A stretch of DNA of 64,000 bases, taken from an archaeon. GTDB taxonomy: Archaea > Nanobdellota > Nanobdellia > Pacearchaeales > GW2011-AR1. Location: contig JABHLR010000008.1 in NCBI GenBank assembly GCA_018693315.1, forward strand, positions 42,472 through 106,471, written 5' to 3'. Shown in pieces: positions 34,507 to 44,319 of this stretch. Below the pieces are notes generated by a model. The model was not told where the DNA came from, ran no database searches, and was given only the letters and a program-made list of their open reading frames with translations. Each line of letters starts with the position of its first letter. The stretch's first letter is position 1. Made by a program: the position numbers and the translations under genes.

Positions 34507-35601
34507 TTAGTCGTGGATTTCAAATCTTAGAATCCCGCCTACCCCACCAAGATTGTCGAACTGAACTCCTTCTGCTGTTTCTTTTGTAACGAGATGAATT
34601 TCTGCGGATGATGCTTTTGCTAATTTTTCTAGGAGTTTTACCCTTTCTCTTGGAAGTGTTTTTGAGATGATTAATTTTTCTACTGCTCCGCGGTTTAGTC
34701 TGTCTTCGACTTCGGCTTCTCCGTATGCGACTTTGTTTGGTTCTTTTGCTAGCTTCTCGAAAAATAGGTCTAAGATTAGTCTTTGCTTTGTGATTTCTTG
34801 TTCTGATAAAACGTCTTGACATTTTTCTACTAGCTCTTGGAGTCCGTGCATTTCTGTTCCTCCGATGTCTTTTACAGCTATTACTTTATTTTTTAGGGCT
34901 GTTACTAGTTGGCCTTGCGCTAGGAATTCGTCTTTTGTTGGGATTGGTCCGCCGACCAGGATTCCTTTCATTTTTTTGTTGTCCCAGAAATGCTTCTTCA
35001 ATGCTTCGGCTACTCGTTTGAAAAATTCTTTTGCTGCGGATTCTCTTATTCTTGCGAATCTTTGTGCTGACTGTCCACCTGCTCGTGTTTTTCCTGGAAT
35101 TCCTGAAGTCATGTGTTGTAATTTTTTTATGTGTTTCCCATCAAGTAATCCTATACTTGCTTCGTTTCTTTCGATGATCAATAGCCCGTAGGATTCGTCC
35201 GTGTCTAGCATGTCTTTTAGTGGTTCTGTGACGAAAGTTTGATCGCATCTGTATATTTTAATTTTTAATTTTTTAGGTGGTTCGATTGCCCAGACTTCTA
35301 GGGATTCTTTTCCGTCTGCCATTGTAACGTTTCCTGAGAATACTGCTAATCCGTTTTTTGGTGTCTTGGCGATTTCTTTTAGTTTTCTTACTGCTCGGTC
35401 TAAGGCGTTGATTACGTTTTTTCGTGTGCCTGAGGATTTGATGTTTGTTGCTGTTCCTTTTTCGTCTTCGAGTTGTTTTGTTGTTTGGGTTAGTGTGGCT
35501 CCTGCTGGGACTAAGACCGTGATTAGTTCCGTGTGTCGGCCTCGGTAACCTTCGAGCTCTTCAACGAGAGATTCTAGTTCGAATTTTTGTGCTTCGTCCA
35601 T
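34507..35601 (-). CDS. prf1: peptide chain release factor aRF1
   Basis: NIKS motif (TATNIKSSGTRKNV) and GGQ motif (RAGGQSAQRF). Confidence 0.92.
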   Translation of the reverse strand: MDEAQKFELESLVEELEGYRGRHTELITVLVPAGATLTQTTKQLEDEKGTATNIKSSGTRKNVINALDRAVRKLKEIAKTPKNGLAVFSGNVTMADGKESLEVWAIEPPKKLKIKIYRCDQTFVTEPLKDMLDTDESYGLLIIERNEASIGLLDGKHIKKLQHMTSGIPGKTRAGGQSAQRFARIRESAAKEFFKRVAEALKKHFWDNKKMKGILVGGPIPTKDEFLAQGQLVTALKNKVIAVKDIGGTEMHGLQELVEKCQDVLSEQEITKQRLILDLFFEKLAKEPNKVAYGEAEVEDRLNRGAVEKLIISKTLPRERVKLLEKLAKASSAEIHLVTKETAEGVQFDNLGGVGGILRFEIHD

Positions 35602-35638
35602 GGTATAAATTAGAGAAAATTGTTTATAGAAGTTTGGG

Positions 35639-38017
35639 TTAGATGTTGTGACATGCTTTTAGGTCTTTCTCGAATTCGCTTAATTCTTTTGGAATTTTGA
35701 TTCCTTTGATTGGATTTCTTAGGCTGATGCCTTTCTCTTTTTTATCTTTCCAAACTTTGCTGTTGAATTCTATTAATTTTTCTATTAGTTCTAACTTTGA
35801 TTTTCCTAGTTCTGCTTTTGGCCATTCTGAACTTAGTAAGTCGATTCCTTTTTCTTTTGCGATTAGTGTTGTTACTTGTGGGATGATTGGGTAGATTAGT
35901 GTTAGGAATCTTTCGAGTAGGAAATGGAGTGTGTATTTTGCTGAGCTTGATTCTTCGTCGGTGAAGTTTTTGTTTTCGTTGTATGCTCTGTTTTTTACGA
36001 GTTCGATGTAGTTTGATGCGAAGGTGTCCCATAGGAATTTTCTGAGGTCTTGTGCTGGATGATTGAAGTCGTAGGTTTCGTAGGATTTGTCTGCGCTTTG
36101 TGTCATCTTTTCGATGTGGTCGATGAATAATTGATCTAGTTTTGTTAGTGTCGGTTTTGCTTTTGGTTTATCAAACATCATTACGAATTTTGAAACATTT
36201 AGTAATTTGTTCAAAGATTTTCTTTCTGCTTTGATTTTTTCTTTTGAACACACAAAATCTCCTTTTGATAAATCTCCTTCTGTTGCCGACCAGAGCCTTA
36301 GTGCTTCTGCTCCATCTTCTTTTATGATTTCTTGTGGATCTATAACGTTTCCTGCTGACTTTGACATCTTTCGACCTTTGCCATCTAGGATGTGCTGGTG
36401 AATCCATGTGTCAGTGAAGCATGGCTTTCCTGTTTCTAGGAATCCTCTTAAGATTGTGTAGTATAGCCAGGTTCTTACGATTTCTTTTCCTTGTGGTCTT
36501 AGGGTTGCTGGATAGGCTTTTTTGAAGAACTCGTCGTCTGATTTGTATTTTAACATATTAAGCTCTGAGATGGATGAGTCAAACCATGTATCGAGAACTC
36601 GTTCTTCGCCTGTCCATTTATTTTTTAGATAGTCTGCAACTGTGCCTAAAACTTTTTTTGTTTCCGCGTCGATTACTTCTGCGTTTTTTGGCGGGCTTGT
36701 TTTCCATGGTTCTATGTAAGTTCCTTGTGGGGCTAGGGCGATCATGTTATCTGAATACCATAATGGGACTGGCGTTGCGTAGTATCGTCTTCGTGAAATT
36801 GGCCAATCGATTGAAACTGAGTCAATCCATGTGTCTAGTATTTTTTTTGAATTCTTCGGATAGAAATTTATTTTTTTTATTGTCTTTCGCATGTCGTCTT
36901 TGTAATCCATTTGCTTTAGGTAGAACTCTGGCATTTCGATGAATTCGATTTCGGCTTTTGACCTTTCTGAAATTGGAGTTCGGTGTGTGATTTGTTCTTG
37001 CTTTACAAGTAAATCTTTTTCTTTAATTAGTTCAATAATTTTATCTCTTGCTTCTTTAACTTTCAAACCTTCTAAGACTCCGGCCTTTTCGTTCATTCGT
37101 CCGTCTTGTCCGATTGCGATTCTTGGCGTTAGTTTCATTTCTCTGAAGAACTGGATGTCTGTTAGGTCTCCTACTGAGCACATCATTACTAGGCCTGTTC
37201 CTTTGTCGATTTGCGCTGATGGGTGTGGCTTGATTGGAATTTCTTCGTTGAAGATTGGGGAGATTGCGATTTTGCCTTCGAGGTGTTTGTATCTTTCGTC
37301 TTCCGGGTTGTAAATTACCATTCCGCAGGTTGCGATTAGCTCTGGTCGTGTTGTTCCGATTACGACTTCTTCGCCTGTTTCTTTTATTGTCCATTTAATG
37401 TCGTTGAAGTTGGAGTTAATTTCTTTGTAATCGATTTCGGAGTCTGCGATTGTTGTTCTTAGTTTTGGGTCCCAGTTGTTGATCCGTGAGGCTTCATAGA
37501 TTAGTCCTTTTTTGTAGAGGTCGATGAAAGTGGATTGTGTTAGTGTTCGGTATTCTGGGGAGTCTGTGTTGTAGATTGCGCCGATTTCTTTGCCTTCTTT
37601 GTATGAAGAGAATGAAATTCCTAGTTTTGCGAATGAGTCGACTGATTCTGCCGATGCTTCTGATAGTAGTTGTTCACATAGCTCTACGAATTTTTCTCTG
37701 CCTACTTTGAATGGTGAGACTTTGAATTTTTTTTCTGCTGCCATTTCGATTGGAAGTCCGTTTCGGTCTAGTCCTAGTGGGAATAAAACTTCTTGCCCTT
37801 TCATTCTCCTGTAACGTGCGAAGAAGTCCATGAAGCAGTAGGTTACGGCGTGGCCCATGTGGATTGGGGAGTTGATGTATGGGGGCGGTGTGTCGATTGA
37901 GTAGATTTTCTTTTTTGTTTTTGGGTTGAATTTGTAGAGTTCTGACTCTTTCCAGTTTTGTGTTATTTCTGTTTCTATTTCGGTGCTCCAGTTTTTTATG
38001 TCTTTGAGATTTGGCAT
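35639..38017 (-). CDS. valS: valyl-tRNA synthetase
   Basis: YSIDTPPPYINSPIHMGHA, FPLGLDRNGLPIE, KMSKS (GRKMSKSAGN). The length (792 aa) and N-terminal block match archaeal-type ValRS. Confidence 0.82.
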   Translation of the reverse strand: MPNLKDIKNWSTEIETEITQNWKESELYKFNPKTKKKIYSIDTPPPYINSPIHMGHAVTYCFMDFFARYRRMKGQEVLFPLGLDRNGLPIEMAAEKKFKVSPFKVGREKFVELCEQLLSEASAESVDSFAKLGISFSSYKEGKEIGAIYNTDSPEYRTLTQSTFIDLYKKGLIYEASRINNWDPKLRTTIADSEIDYKEINSNFNDIKWTIKETGEEVVIGTTRPELIATCGMVIYNPEDERYKHLEGKIAISPIFNEEIPIKPHPSAQIDKGTGLVMMCSVGDLTDIQFFREMKLTPRIAIGQDGRMNEKAGVLEGLKVKEARDKIIELIKEKDLLVKQEQITHRTPISERSKAEIEFIEMPEFYLKQMDYKDDMRKTIKKINFYPKNSKKILDTWIDSVSIDWPISRRRYYATPVPLWYSDNMIALAPQGTYIEPWKTSPPKNAEVIDAETKKVLGTVADYLKNKWTGEERVLDTWFDSSISELNMLKYKSDDEFFKKAYPATLRPQGKEIVRTWLYYTILRGFLETGKPCFTDTWIHQHILDGKGRKMSKSAGNVIDPQEIIKEDGAEALRLWSATEGDLSKGDFVCSKEKIKAERKSLNKLLNVSKFVMMFDKPKAKPTLTKLDQLFIDHIEKMTQSADKSYETYDFNHPAQDLRKFLWDTFASNYIELVKNRAYNENKNFTDEESSSAKYTLHFLLERFLTLIYPIIPQVTTLIAKEKGIDLLSSEWPKAELGKSKLELIEKLIEFNSKVWKDKKEKGISLRNPIKGIKIPKELSEFEKDLKACHNI

Positions 38018-38087
38018 AATAATGGGAATGGGAGGCGGTTTTTAAGATTTGGGATTGAAACAGAATTGAGCGGATTTTTGGCTGGGT

Positions 38088-39062
38088 TTAAATTGCATTG
38101 ACTAAATATTTGTGGGTTGGTTCTGAGATCATCAAAACGCTTTCGTAGAATTTTATTATATCGTTGAATTCCTCTTTGATGTCGTCCATTATCTTGTAGT
38201 ACTCCTCATCTTTTTGTGTCTCGAACATCATCTCCATATCCCACGAAGCGAAGGTTGTTACCATATTGATAATGTTTGGAAGATTCTTGCAGTAGTTAAT
38301 GAACTCTTTCTTTCTTTCTTCATTTATGTTTTTGAAATGCACGAACGACTTGTATGTATTGAATTTTATTGTCTGAGGATTTAGAAAAATCTTGTAACCT
38401 CTGATGATTTTTTTCTTTTCCATTTCTTTAATTCGATAGGCGACTACTTTTGGACTTAGATTTATTTTTTCAGAAATATCCACTAGTTTCATTCTGGAGT
38501 TTAGCGTGATTAAATCGAGAATCTTTTTGTCTTCTTTATTTATTTTTATCTTTTCTTCGTTTTCTCCAAATGTGAATTCTTCTGGTGTTAAGTTGTCGTT
38601 GTAAAACCACCTTCTGTTGAACTGGATGTTTTCTACAGTGATAGATAATTCTTTTTCTTGAATGTATTTACTGAATTTGTCTAGCATTATGTTGTAGACT
38701 GTAAAGAAATCTTGATTTGACTTTGCCCAGATTCCAAATATTAAGTCCCATCTACCTTTGCAAACGCTTGTATGGTAAACCGATTTCTCTTTTTGTAGAT
38801 GGCCGATGATTTTCTTAAGATCTTTTTTTGATGTGTTGGCTAATCTTAGGTATACCTTGTATCCTGTTAGACCCAATCTGTAAGTTGCTGGGACTGTTAG
38901 GAACTTTACTATTACATTTTCGTTGACTAATCGGTTTATTCTGTGGAAGACTACTTCTTTACTTACCCTTACTTTCTTTGAGATTTCTTTGAGATTTGCA
39001 CGACTATTCTTATCTAATTCGTAAAGTATCTTTTTGTCCTTTAAATCTAATTTAACTACCAT
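38088..39062 (-). CDS. tandem-duplicated Lrp/AsnC-family transcriptional regulator
   Basis: Two HTH modules: LDLKDKKILYELDKNSRANLKEISKKVRVSKEVVFHRINRL and INKEDKKILDLITLNSRMKLVDISEKINLSPKVVAYRIKEM. Confidence 0.8.
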   Translation of the reverse strand: MVVKLDLKDKKILYELDKNSRANLKEISKKVRVSKEVVFHRINRLVNENVIVKFLTVPATYRLGLTGYKVYLRLANTSKKDLKKIIGHLQKEKSVYHTSVCKGRWDLIFGIWAKSNQDFFTVYNIMLDKFSKYIQEKELSITVENIQFNRRWFYNDNLTPEEFTFGENEEKIKINKEDKKILDLITLNSRMKLVDISEKINLSPKVVAYRIKEMEKKKIIRGYKIFLNPQTIKFNTYKSFVHFKNINEERKKEFINYCKNLPNIINMVTTFASWDMEMMFETQKDEEYYKIMDDIKEEFNDIIKFYESVLMISEPTHKYLVNAI

Positions 39063-39194
39063 TATTTAATAAAAAGGTAAATAGTATTTAAATCTTATCT
39101 TTTTGTTAATTTTTCTGTTAAAAATATTTAATAACCTCTGGTGTTATTAGTTACTATGATTAAGTGGTAATAGAATCTAATTGAAAAGATAAAA

Positions 39195-39404
39195 ATGAAA
39201 AAACAAAAACAAAGAATCCAGAAAAGAAGACTTTTGGTTAAGGCTTCGGAAGAAGGAATGATGAAAGCAGTGGAATACATTGTGATTGGGGTGATAATTG
39301 GGATTTCGCTGAGACTATTGTTTCTTGCGGTAGCTGGGGTTATGACTGGATCTATTTTGTCGAAAGTAATTAAACTCAAATTTATTGAAAGGAGGTTTAA
39401 TTAA
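39195..39404 (+). CDS. small basic/hydrophobic protein (69 aa) upstream of the radical SAM gene
   Basis: MKKQKQRIQKRR, then about 35 hydrophobic residues. The stop is 2 nt before the rSAM ATG. A competing antisense ORF (39128..39379) is judged less likely. Confidence 0.45.
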   Translation: MKKQKQRIQKRRLLVKASEEGMMKAVEYIVIGVIIGISLRLLFLAVAGVMTGSILSKVIKLKFIERRFN

Positions 39405-39406
39405 AA

Positions 39407-40714
39407 ATGGAAAATGGAAAACAAATAGAAATAACAACTCCGGATGTAGCCGTTCAATTTGGTTTAGGTTCTGCTTTGACTGGGGATGAGCTTACAAATC
39501 TTTGGATAGAAACTACAAAGCCTGAGCATTGTAATTTGGCTTGTTCATATTGTTACGCGAGTGGAGGTGAAAGACAGGAGGGTTCCTTGACTCAAGAACA
39601 ATGGATGAAAGCTTTGGAGCAAGCAAGTGCTGTTGGAATAACTTCAATAGGAATTCCTGGAGCGGGAGAACCGTTTCTACCCGTAGCGAAGGAAAGAACA
39701 ATGGCTATCTTGGAAAAATGTAAGGATCTGGGAATCTATACTACGCTATTTACGACTGGAGAATTTATTGACCAAGATTTGGCCGATAGACTTTACGAAC
39801 TCCCAGTAGAAATAATGTTGAAGGGTAATTCTATACTGCCAGATGTCCAAAACTCTTTTGTTAGCGATCCTGCTACTGGAAGAATTATAACTGGATATGG
39901 CGAGAAAAGGAATGCAGCCTTGGAATTATTAGTTGAGACTGGCTTCAATGATCCGCAGAGATGTCAGGATAAATTCCAGAGACAAAGTCGAATGGGACTG
40001 GTAACATCAGTGATGACCGATAATATCCCGAAAGATCAAGAGGCACCAATAACGCCAACTCAGGTACGTGAATTTGTAGAAAAAATGCGCGAATATCAGG
40101 GACAGGGTCTAACTGGAGCTTACATTTCTGCATTATCAGAATTGTCAAATGCTAAATTTGATAGTACTTCTAACTACCAAGAAGCAGCGTTTCTTCAATC
40201 TTTTGCCAGAACGAATAACATCATATTTGATGTAGATTCTGTTTTGAAGAGGGGTCGAGGGGCAACCTGTTGTCTTTCTCCTGAAGACCAGAGAATGAAA
40301 GATAAGTTTAATGAAATAAAAACTATAGACAAAGATGTTTTTGGACTTGATTGGGGAGTTAATACGACTTATGTTGGAGTGGCCTGCGAAAGACCGAGAC
40401 GACATTTGTATATAAACTTCAAGGGAGACATTCGGCCTTGTATCGGCGCAACGGGTGTAGACCTAGGAAACATAGCTGAAACGAGTTTGGAAGAAGCATG
40501 GGAATCTCCAGAGATGAAAATTATTCGAGAGAAGAAATATGTTGGAAAATGCGCAGAGCAATGTGCGAATTATGTCGAAACAGATAAGAGAACTGGAAGC
40601 CCTCTATGTAATTCTTGTCTTGGTCGATCAACGGAAGAACTGACAAATAAAACTTTGCTCGATAAAGGATGTGTTCAGACAATCGGCTGTTGGAATTATA
40701 GAGATAAGAAATAA
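39407..40714 (+). CDS. radical SAM enzyme with SPASM/twitch-like C-terminal Cys cluster
   Basis: C42-x3-C46-x2-C49 (CNLACSYC), GAGEPFL, then C-x12-G-x4-C (CERPRRHLYINFKGDIRPC), followed by CAEQC..CNSC..C..C. AAAGGAGG lies 13 nt upstream. Confidence 0.8.
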   Translation: MENGKQIEITTPDVAVQFGLGSALTGDELTNLWIETTKPEHCNLACSYCYASGGERQEGSLTQEQWMKALEQASAVGITSIGIPGAGEPFLPVAKERTMAILEKCKDLGIYTTLFTTGEFIDQDLADRLYELPVEIMLKGNSILPDVQNSFVSDPATGRIITGYGEKRNAALELLVETGFNDPQRCQDKFQRQSRMGLVTSVMTDNIPKDQEAPITPTQVREFVEKMREYQGQGLTGAYISALSELSNAKFDSTSNYQEAAFLQSFARTNNIIFDVDSVLKRGRGATCCLSPEDQRMKDKFNEIKTIDKDVFGLDWGVNTTYVGVACERPRRHLYINFKGDIRPCIGATGVDLGNIAETSLEEAWESPEMKIIREKKYVGKCAEQCANYVETDKRTGSPLCNSCLGRSTEELTNKTLLDKGCVQTIGCWNYRDKK

Positions 40715-40740
40715 CTCTTGTGCTAAATTCCTTATTTTTT

Positions 40741-40779
40741 ATTCTACCTTATTTATTAAGGTAGAATTTTATTTTTATT
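40741..40779 (+). terminator. hairpin plus T-rich tract
   Basis: attctacctta-tttat-taaggtagaat forms an 11-bp perfect stem and is followed by tttatttttatt. Confidence 0.6.
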
Positions 40780-40832
40780 AATAGAATCTTCTAATTGGTT
40801 AAAAATATAAAGTATCTTTCTTATGTTGTTCT

Positions 40833-41426
40833 ATGAGTAAGAAGCTTAGGATTTTGGCGGCGGGGGATTTGCATGGGGATTTGGATATTGCGAGGAAGTT
40901 GTCGGCAAAGGGGAAGAAGGAGAAGGTTGATTTGGTGGTTTTGGCTGGGGATATTTATGGGTATAGTGAGGGTGAGGCTGGGATTTTGAAGCCGTTTCGG
41001 GATGCGGGGCAGAAGGTTGTTTTTGTGCCGGGGAATTGTGATTTTGATGAGGAGCATGAGATGTTGAAGCGGGAGGCGAAGAGTATTCATAATTATTATG
41101 TGACTTATGGTGGGGTTGGGATTGCGGGGGTTGGGAGTCCGAATTGGAAGCTTTCTTTGGATGATGAGGATTTGAGTGAGATTAAGAGGAATTTTGATCG
41201 GATGAAGCCGGCGAAGAGAATTTTGGTTTCGCACTTGCATGCGGAAGGGACTGGAGCTGAGGTTTCGGGGGTTCCTGGGGAGGGAGTTTTAAGGAAGGCT
41301 GTTAAGGATTTTAAGCCGGACTTGTTGATTAGTGCGCATATTCATGAGGCTGAGGGGATTGAGGATAAGATTGGGAAGACTAAGGTTGTTCAGGTTGGGA
41401 GGAGAGGGAAGATTATTGAGGTTTAG
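40833..41426 (+). CDS. calcineurin-like metallophosphoesterase
   Basis: ILAAGDLHGD, VLAGDI, VPGNCD, SHLH, SAHIHE. Confidence 0.85.
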   Translation: MSKKLRILAAGDLHGDLDIARKLSAKGKKEKVDLVVLAGDIYGYSEGEAGILKPFRDAGQKVVFVPGNCDFDEEHEMLKREAKSIHNYYVTYGGVGIAGVGSPNWKLSLDDEDLSEIKRNFDRMKPAKRILVSHLHAEGTGAEVSGVPGEGVLRKAVKDFKPDLLISAHIHEAEGIEDKIGKTKVVQVGRRGKIIEV

Positions 41427-41431
41427 ATAAA

Positions 41432-41441
41432 AACTATAAAG
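41432..41441 (+). promoter_or_regulatory. TATA-like box for topA
   Basis: AACTATAAAG is centred 25 nt upstream of ATG 41462. The same ATAAAGTATCT core occurs at 40805-40815 upstream of ATG 40833. Confidence 0.5.
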
Positions 41442-41461
41442 TATCTGTTTATTGAATTAAT

Positions 41462-43708
41462 ATGGCGAAGAAGAAAGTTGACAAGAATACGACTTTGATA
41501 ATTACGGAGAAACCGGCGGCTGCTGCGAAGATAGCGGCGGCGCTTAGTGATGCTAGCGATGAGAAGATTACGAATAAGGATAAGGTTTCTTATTATGAAT
41601 TTTATAAGGGCTCTAGGCGATATATTGTTGGATGTGCTGTTGGTCATTTGTTTGGGATTCAGCAGATTGCAAAGCGGGGGCCGTTTCCTAATTTTGAGGT
41701 TGAGTGGAAGCCTTCGTCTAACAGGAAGGGGTCGGCTTTTACTAAGAAGTATTTAACGGTTTTACGTAAGTTGGCTCGAGAGGCTGATGAGTTTATTGTT
41801 GCGACGGATTTTGATGTTGAGGGAGAAGTTATTGGTTGGAACGTTGTAAGGTTTGTCTGTAAGCAGAAAGATGCGAAGAGGATGAAGTTTTCACTTTTGA
41901 CCAAAGAGGCTTTGGATGAGTCGTTTGATAATCTGTTGCCGACTTTGAATTGGGGTGCGGCGATTGCTGGAGAGACTCGGCATTATATTGATTGGTTTTA
42001 TGGGATTAATTTGTCGAGGGGTTTAATGAAGGCTTTGAGTTCGACTGGGACTTTTAGGATTTTGTCTATTGGTCGTGTTCAGGGTCCGGCTTTGAAGATT
42101 GTTGCCGACAGAGAGAAAGAAATTGATGCGTTTGAGCCTGAACCGTATTGGAATATCTTTTTACAGGTGAAGGATAAGAAGAATCAGAAGGTTGAGGTGA
42201 AGCACCCTAAGGATATTTTTAATGAGAGTGAGTTGTTGAAGTTTAAGCATTTACAGGGGAAGAAGGGCGTTGCAGCTACGACAATTAGGGAAGATGTGGT
42301 TAAGGCTCCGGTTCCTTTTGATTTGACGACTTTGCAGACTGAGGCATATAAGAATTGCGGGTATACTCCGACTCAGACTTTGAAGGCGGCGCAGAGTTTG
42401 TATCTGGCTGGTTCGATTTCTTATCCTAGAACTTCTAGCCAAAAATATGATGTGTCGATTGGCTATGATAAGATTTTGAAGAAGCTGAAGAAGTATACCT
42501 CGGCTGTGAAGTATGCTGTAAACAAGACGCCGACTGAGGGTAAGAAAGTTGACCCTGCGCATCCTGCGATTTATCCAACTGGCGATGCGAAAAAAGTTCC
42601 GGAAAGAGATAAGAAAATTTATGATTTGATTGTGAAGCGGTTTATTTCTTGCTTTTGTGAATCGGCTTTGGTTGAGAATAAGAGAATTAAGGTTGTTGTA
42701 AATGGTTTGAATTTTACTACGGGTGGTGCGCAGATTAAGGAAAAGGGTTGGATGAATGTTTATCCGTATTCTACAAAAGAGGCTAAGGTTCCGACGGTGG
42801 ATGGGGATGTTGATGTTTTGGAAATTAGGACCGAAGAGAAGGAGACGAAGCCGCCGAGAAGATATAGTGCTGCTAGTTTAGTTAAGGAGTTGGAGAAGCG
42901 AGGGCTTGGGACGAAGGCGACTCGTGCTGCGATTGTTGAGACTTTGTATTCAAGAGGTTATGCTAGAGAAAAAAGTATTGAGGTTACTGAGCTTGGGATG
43001 AGGATGGTTGAAACTCTTGAGAAATATTCGCCAATTATTTTGGACGAAGGATTGACTGCTGAGATGACTAAGGAACTGGAGGGTATTGAGATCGCCACGG
43101 AAGACTTAGATAAGAAAGAGGAAAAGGTTTTGGATGAGGCAAAGAAGAATGTGACTAAGATTGCCGAGGGAATGTCAAAGAATATTGCTGAAATGGGTAA
43201 GTGTTTGGCTGATGCTAATGCGATTGTTTGGGAGCAAGAGAAGGAGGCTAATACAATGACTGAGTGTCCAAAGTGCCATAAGGGGAAGTTGAGGGTTATG
43301 TATGGTAAGAGGTTTAGTCGGTATTTTGTTTCGTGTGATGCTTACCCTGAATGTAAGACGATTTATAGTTTGCCGCCGAAGGGGATGATGAAGCCGGCTC
43401 GGATGTCGAAGAAGGCTGCAGAAGAGGCCGGGAAAGAAGAGGGTGCTTTGGAGATGTGTAAGGATTGTGGGTTTCCGATGGTTGCTGCTTTCAAGAAAGG
43501 TGGGGCGCCTTGGAGATTTTGTTTTAATATGGAGTGTCCTAGTAATGAAGAGGCGAAGAAAAAGAAGGAAGAGTTTAAGGCGAAGATGAAAAGTGGTGAG
43601 GTTGAGATTGTTGATGGGAAAATTATTGATCACACTAAGGAAAAGAAGGTTGAGAAGAAGAAGAAAACTGTTAAGAAGCGGAAGAAGAAGGTTGAGAAGA
43701 AGAAGTAG
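41462..43708 (+). CDS. topA: type IA DNA topoisomerase
   Basis: Toprim LIITEKPAAAAKIA...ATDFDVEGE. Active-site region GSISYPRTSSQ. C-terminal CPKC...C..C Zn ribbons. Lys-rich tail. Confidence 0.92.
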   Translation: MAKKKVDKNTTLIITEKPAAAAKIAAALSDASDEKITNKDKVSYYEFYKGSRRYIVGCAVGHLFGIQQIAKRGPFPNFEVEWKPSSNRKGSAFTKKYLTVLRKLAREADEFIVATDFDVEGEVIGWNVVRFVCKQKDAKRMKFSLLTKEALDESFDNLLPTLNWGAAIAGETRHYIDWFYGINLSRGLMKALSSTGTFRILSIGRVQGPALKIVADREKEIDAFEPEPYWNIFLQVKDKKNQKVEVKHPKDIFNESELLKFKHLQGKKGVAATTIREDVVKAPVPFDLTTLQTEAYKNCGYTPTQTLKAAQSLYLAGSISYPRTSSQKYDVSIGYDKILKKLKKYTSAVKYAVNKTPTEGKKVDPAHPAIYPTGDAKKVPERDKKIYDLIVKRFISCFCESALVENKRIKVVVNGLNFTTGGAQIKEKGWMNVYPYSTKEAKVPTVDGDVDVLEIRTEEKETKPPRRYSAASLVKELEKRGLGTKATRAAIVETLYSRGYAREKSIEVTELGMRMVETLEKYSPIILDEGLTAEMTKELEGIEIATEDLDKKEEKVLDEAKKNVTKIAEGMSKNIAEMGKCLADANAIVWEQEKEANTMTECPKCHKGKLRVMYGKRFSRYFVSCDAYPECKTIYSLPPKGMMKPARMSKKAAEEAGKEEGALEMCKDCGFPMVAAFKKGGAPWRFCFNMECPSNEEAKKKKEEFKAKMKSGEVEIVDGKIIDHTKEKKVEKKKKTVKKRKKKVEKKK

Positions 43709-43739
43709 GGTTTTTATAGTTTAGAGTTTTTGAGTTGTT

Positions 43740-43991
43740 ATGAGTAGAAATGATGATGGGCGTTGGGACGATATTATTAATATGGATTTTCCTAAATTAA
43801 CCTCTAGGTCTCCGAAGTTTATGTCGGGGAATGTGACGATTGGGGAATATGAAAAAAGTGTGGCGATTGAACTTGCTGGATTTATGCAAGGGAGAGGTCT
43901 TTTGGAAAGAGTTGGGCTTACATTAAAGAGAGCTTATTATCATTGCTTGCCTGAGTCTTATTTTGCGAGAAAAGTTGGGTTTGAAAGTTAG
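43740..43991 (+). CDS. hypothetical protein (83 aa)
   Basis: ORF only. Confidence 0.35.
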   Translation: MSRNDDGRWDDIINMDFPKLTSRSPKFMSGNVTIGEYEKSVAIELAGFMQGRGLLERVGLTLKRAYYHCLPESYFARKVGFES

Positions 43992-44045
43992 TTATGCCTC
44001 TCTTAGCTCTCTTAATAGTTTTGGTCCTTTGAAAAGTGTTGGGCG

Positions 44046-44282
44046 TTATGCGCTTGCGGCGTAGAGGGTTTTGTCGTTTTTTACGCTTTTTTTTGATGCT
44101 TCTCTGAATTCTCTAAATGCTTTGATTTGATCGCTTAGTTCCTTATGGACCACCCTATAGAATCTCTGATTTGATAATGTGATTTCTTCGGATGTCATCA
44201 TTTCGTATGCTTTGGTTGTGAAATAATAGTCTCGAGGATTTAGCATTGTTCCCGTGATTGGATGTTGTCTGATGCAGACCAT
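44046..44282 (-). CDS. hypothetical protein (78 aa)
   Basis: ORF downstream of radB on the same strand. No motif is recognised. Confidence 0.35.
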   Translation of the reverse strand: MVCIRQHPITGTMLNPRDYYFTTKAYEMMTSEEITLSNQRFYRVVHKELSDQIKAFREFREASKKSVKNDKTLYAASA

Positions 44283-44319
44283 ATATGTATAGGGTGTTGT
44301 ATTATTTAAATTTGTTGTT

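Noticed and set aside
39128-39379. 83-aa minus-strand ORF overlapping the small ORF upstream of the radical SAM gene.
   Set aside because: The plus-strand ORF is directly juxtaposed with the rSAM gene (stop 2 nt before its ATG, and the rSAM Shine-Dalgarno lies inside its 3' end). The minus ORF would also run into the Lrp promoter region. Neither reading is proven.
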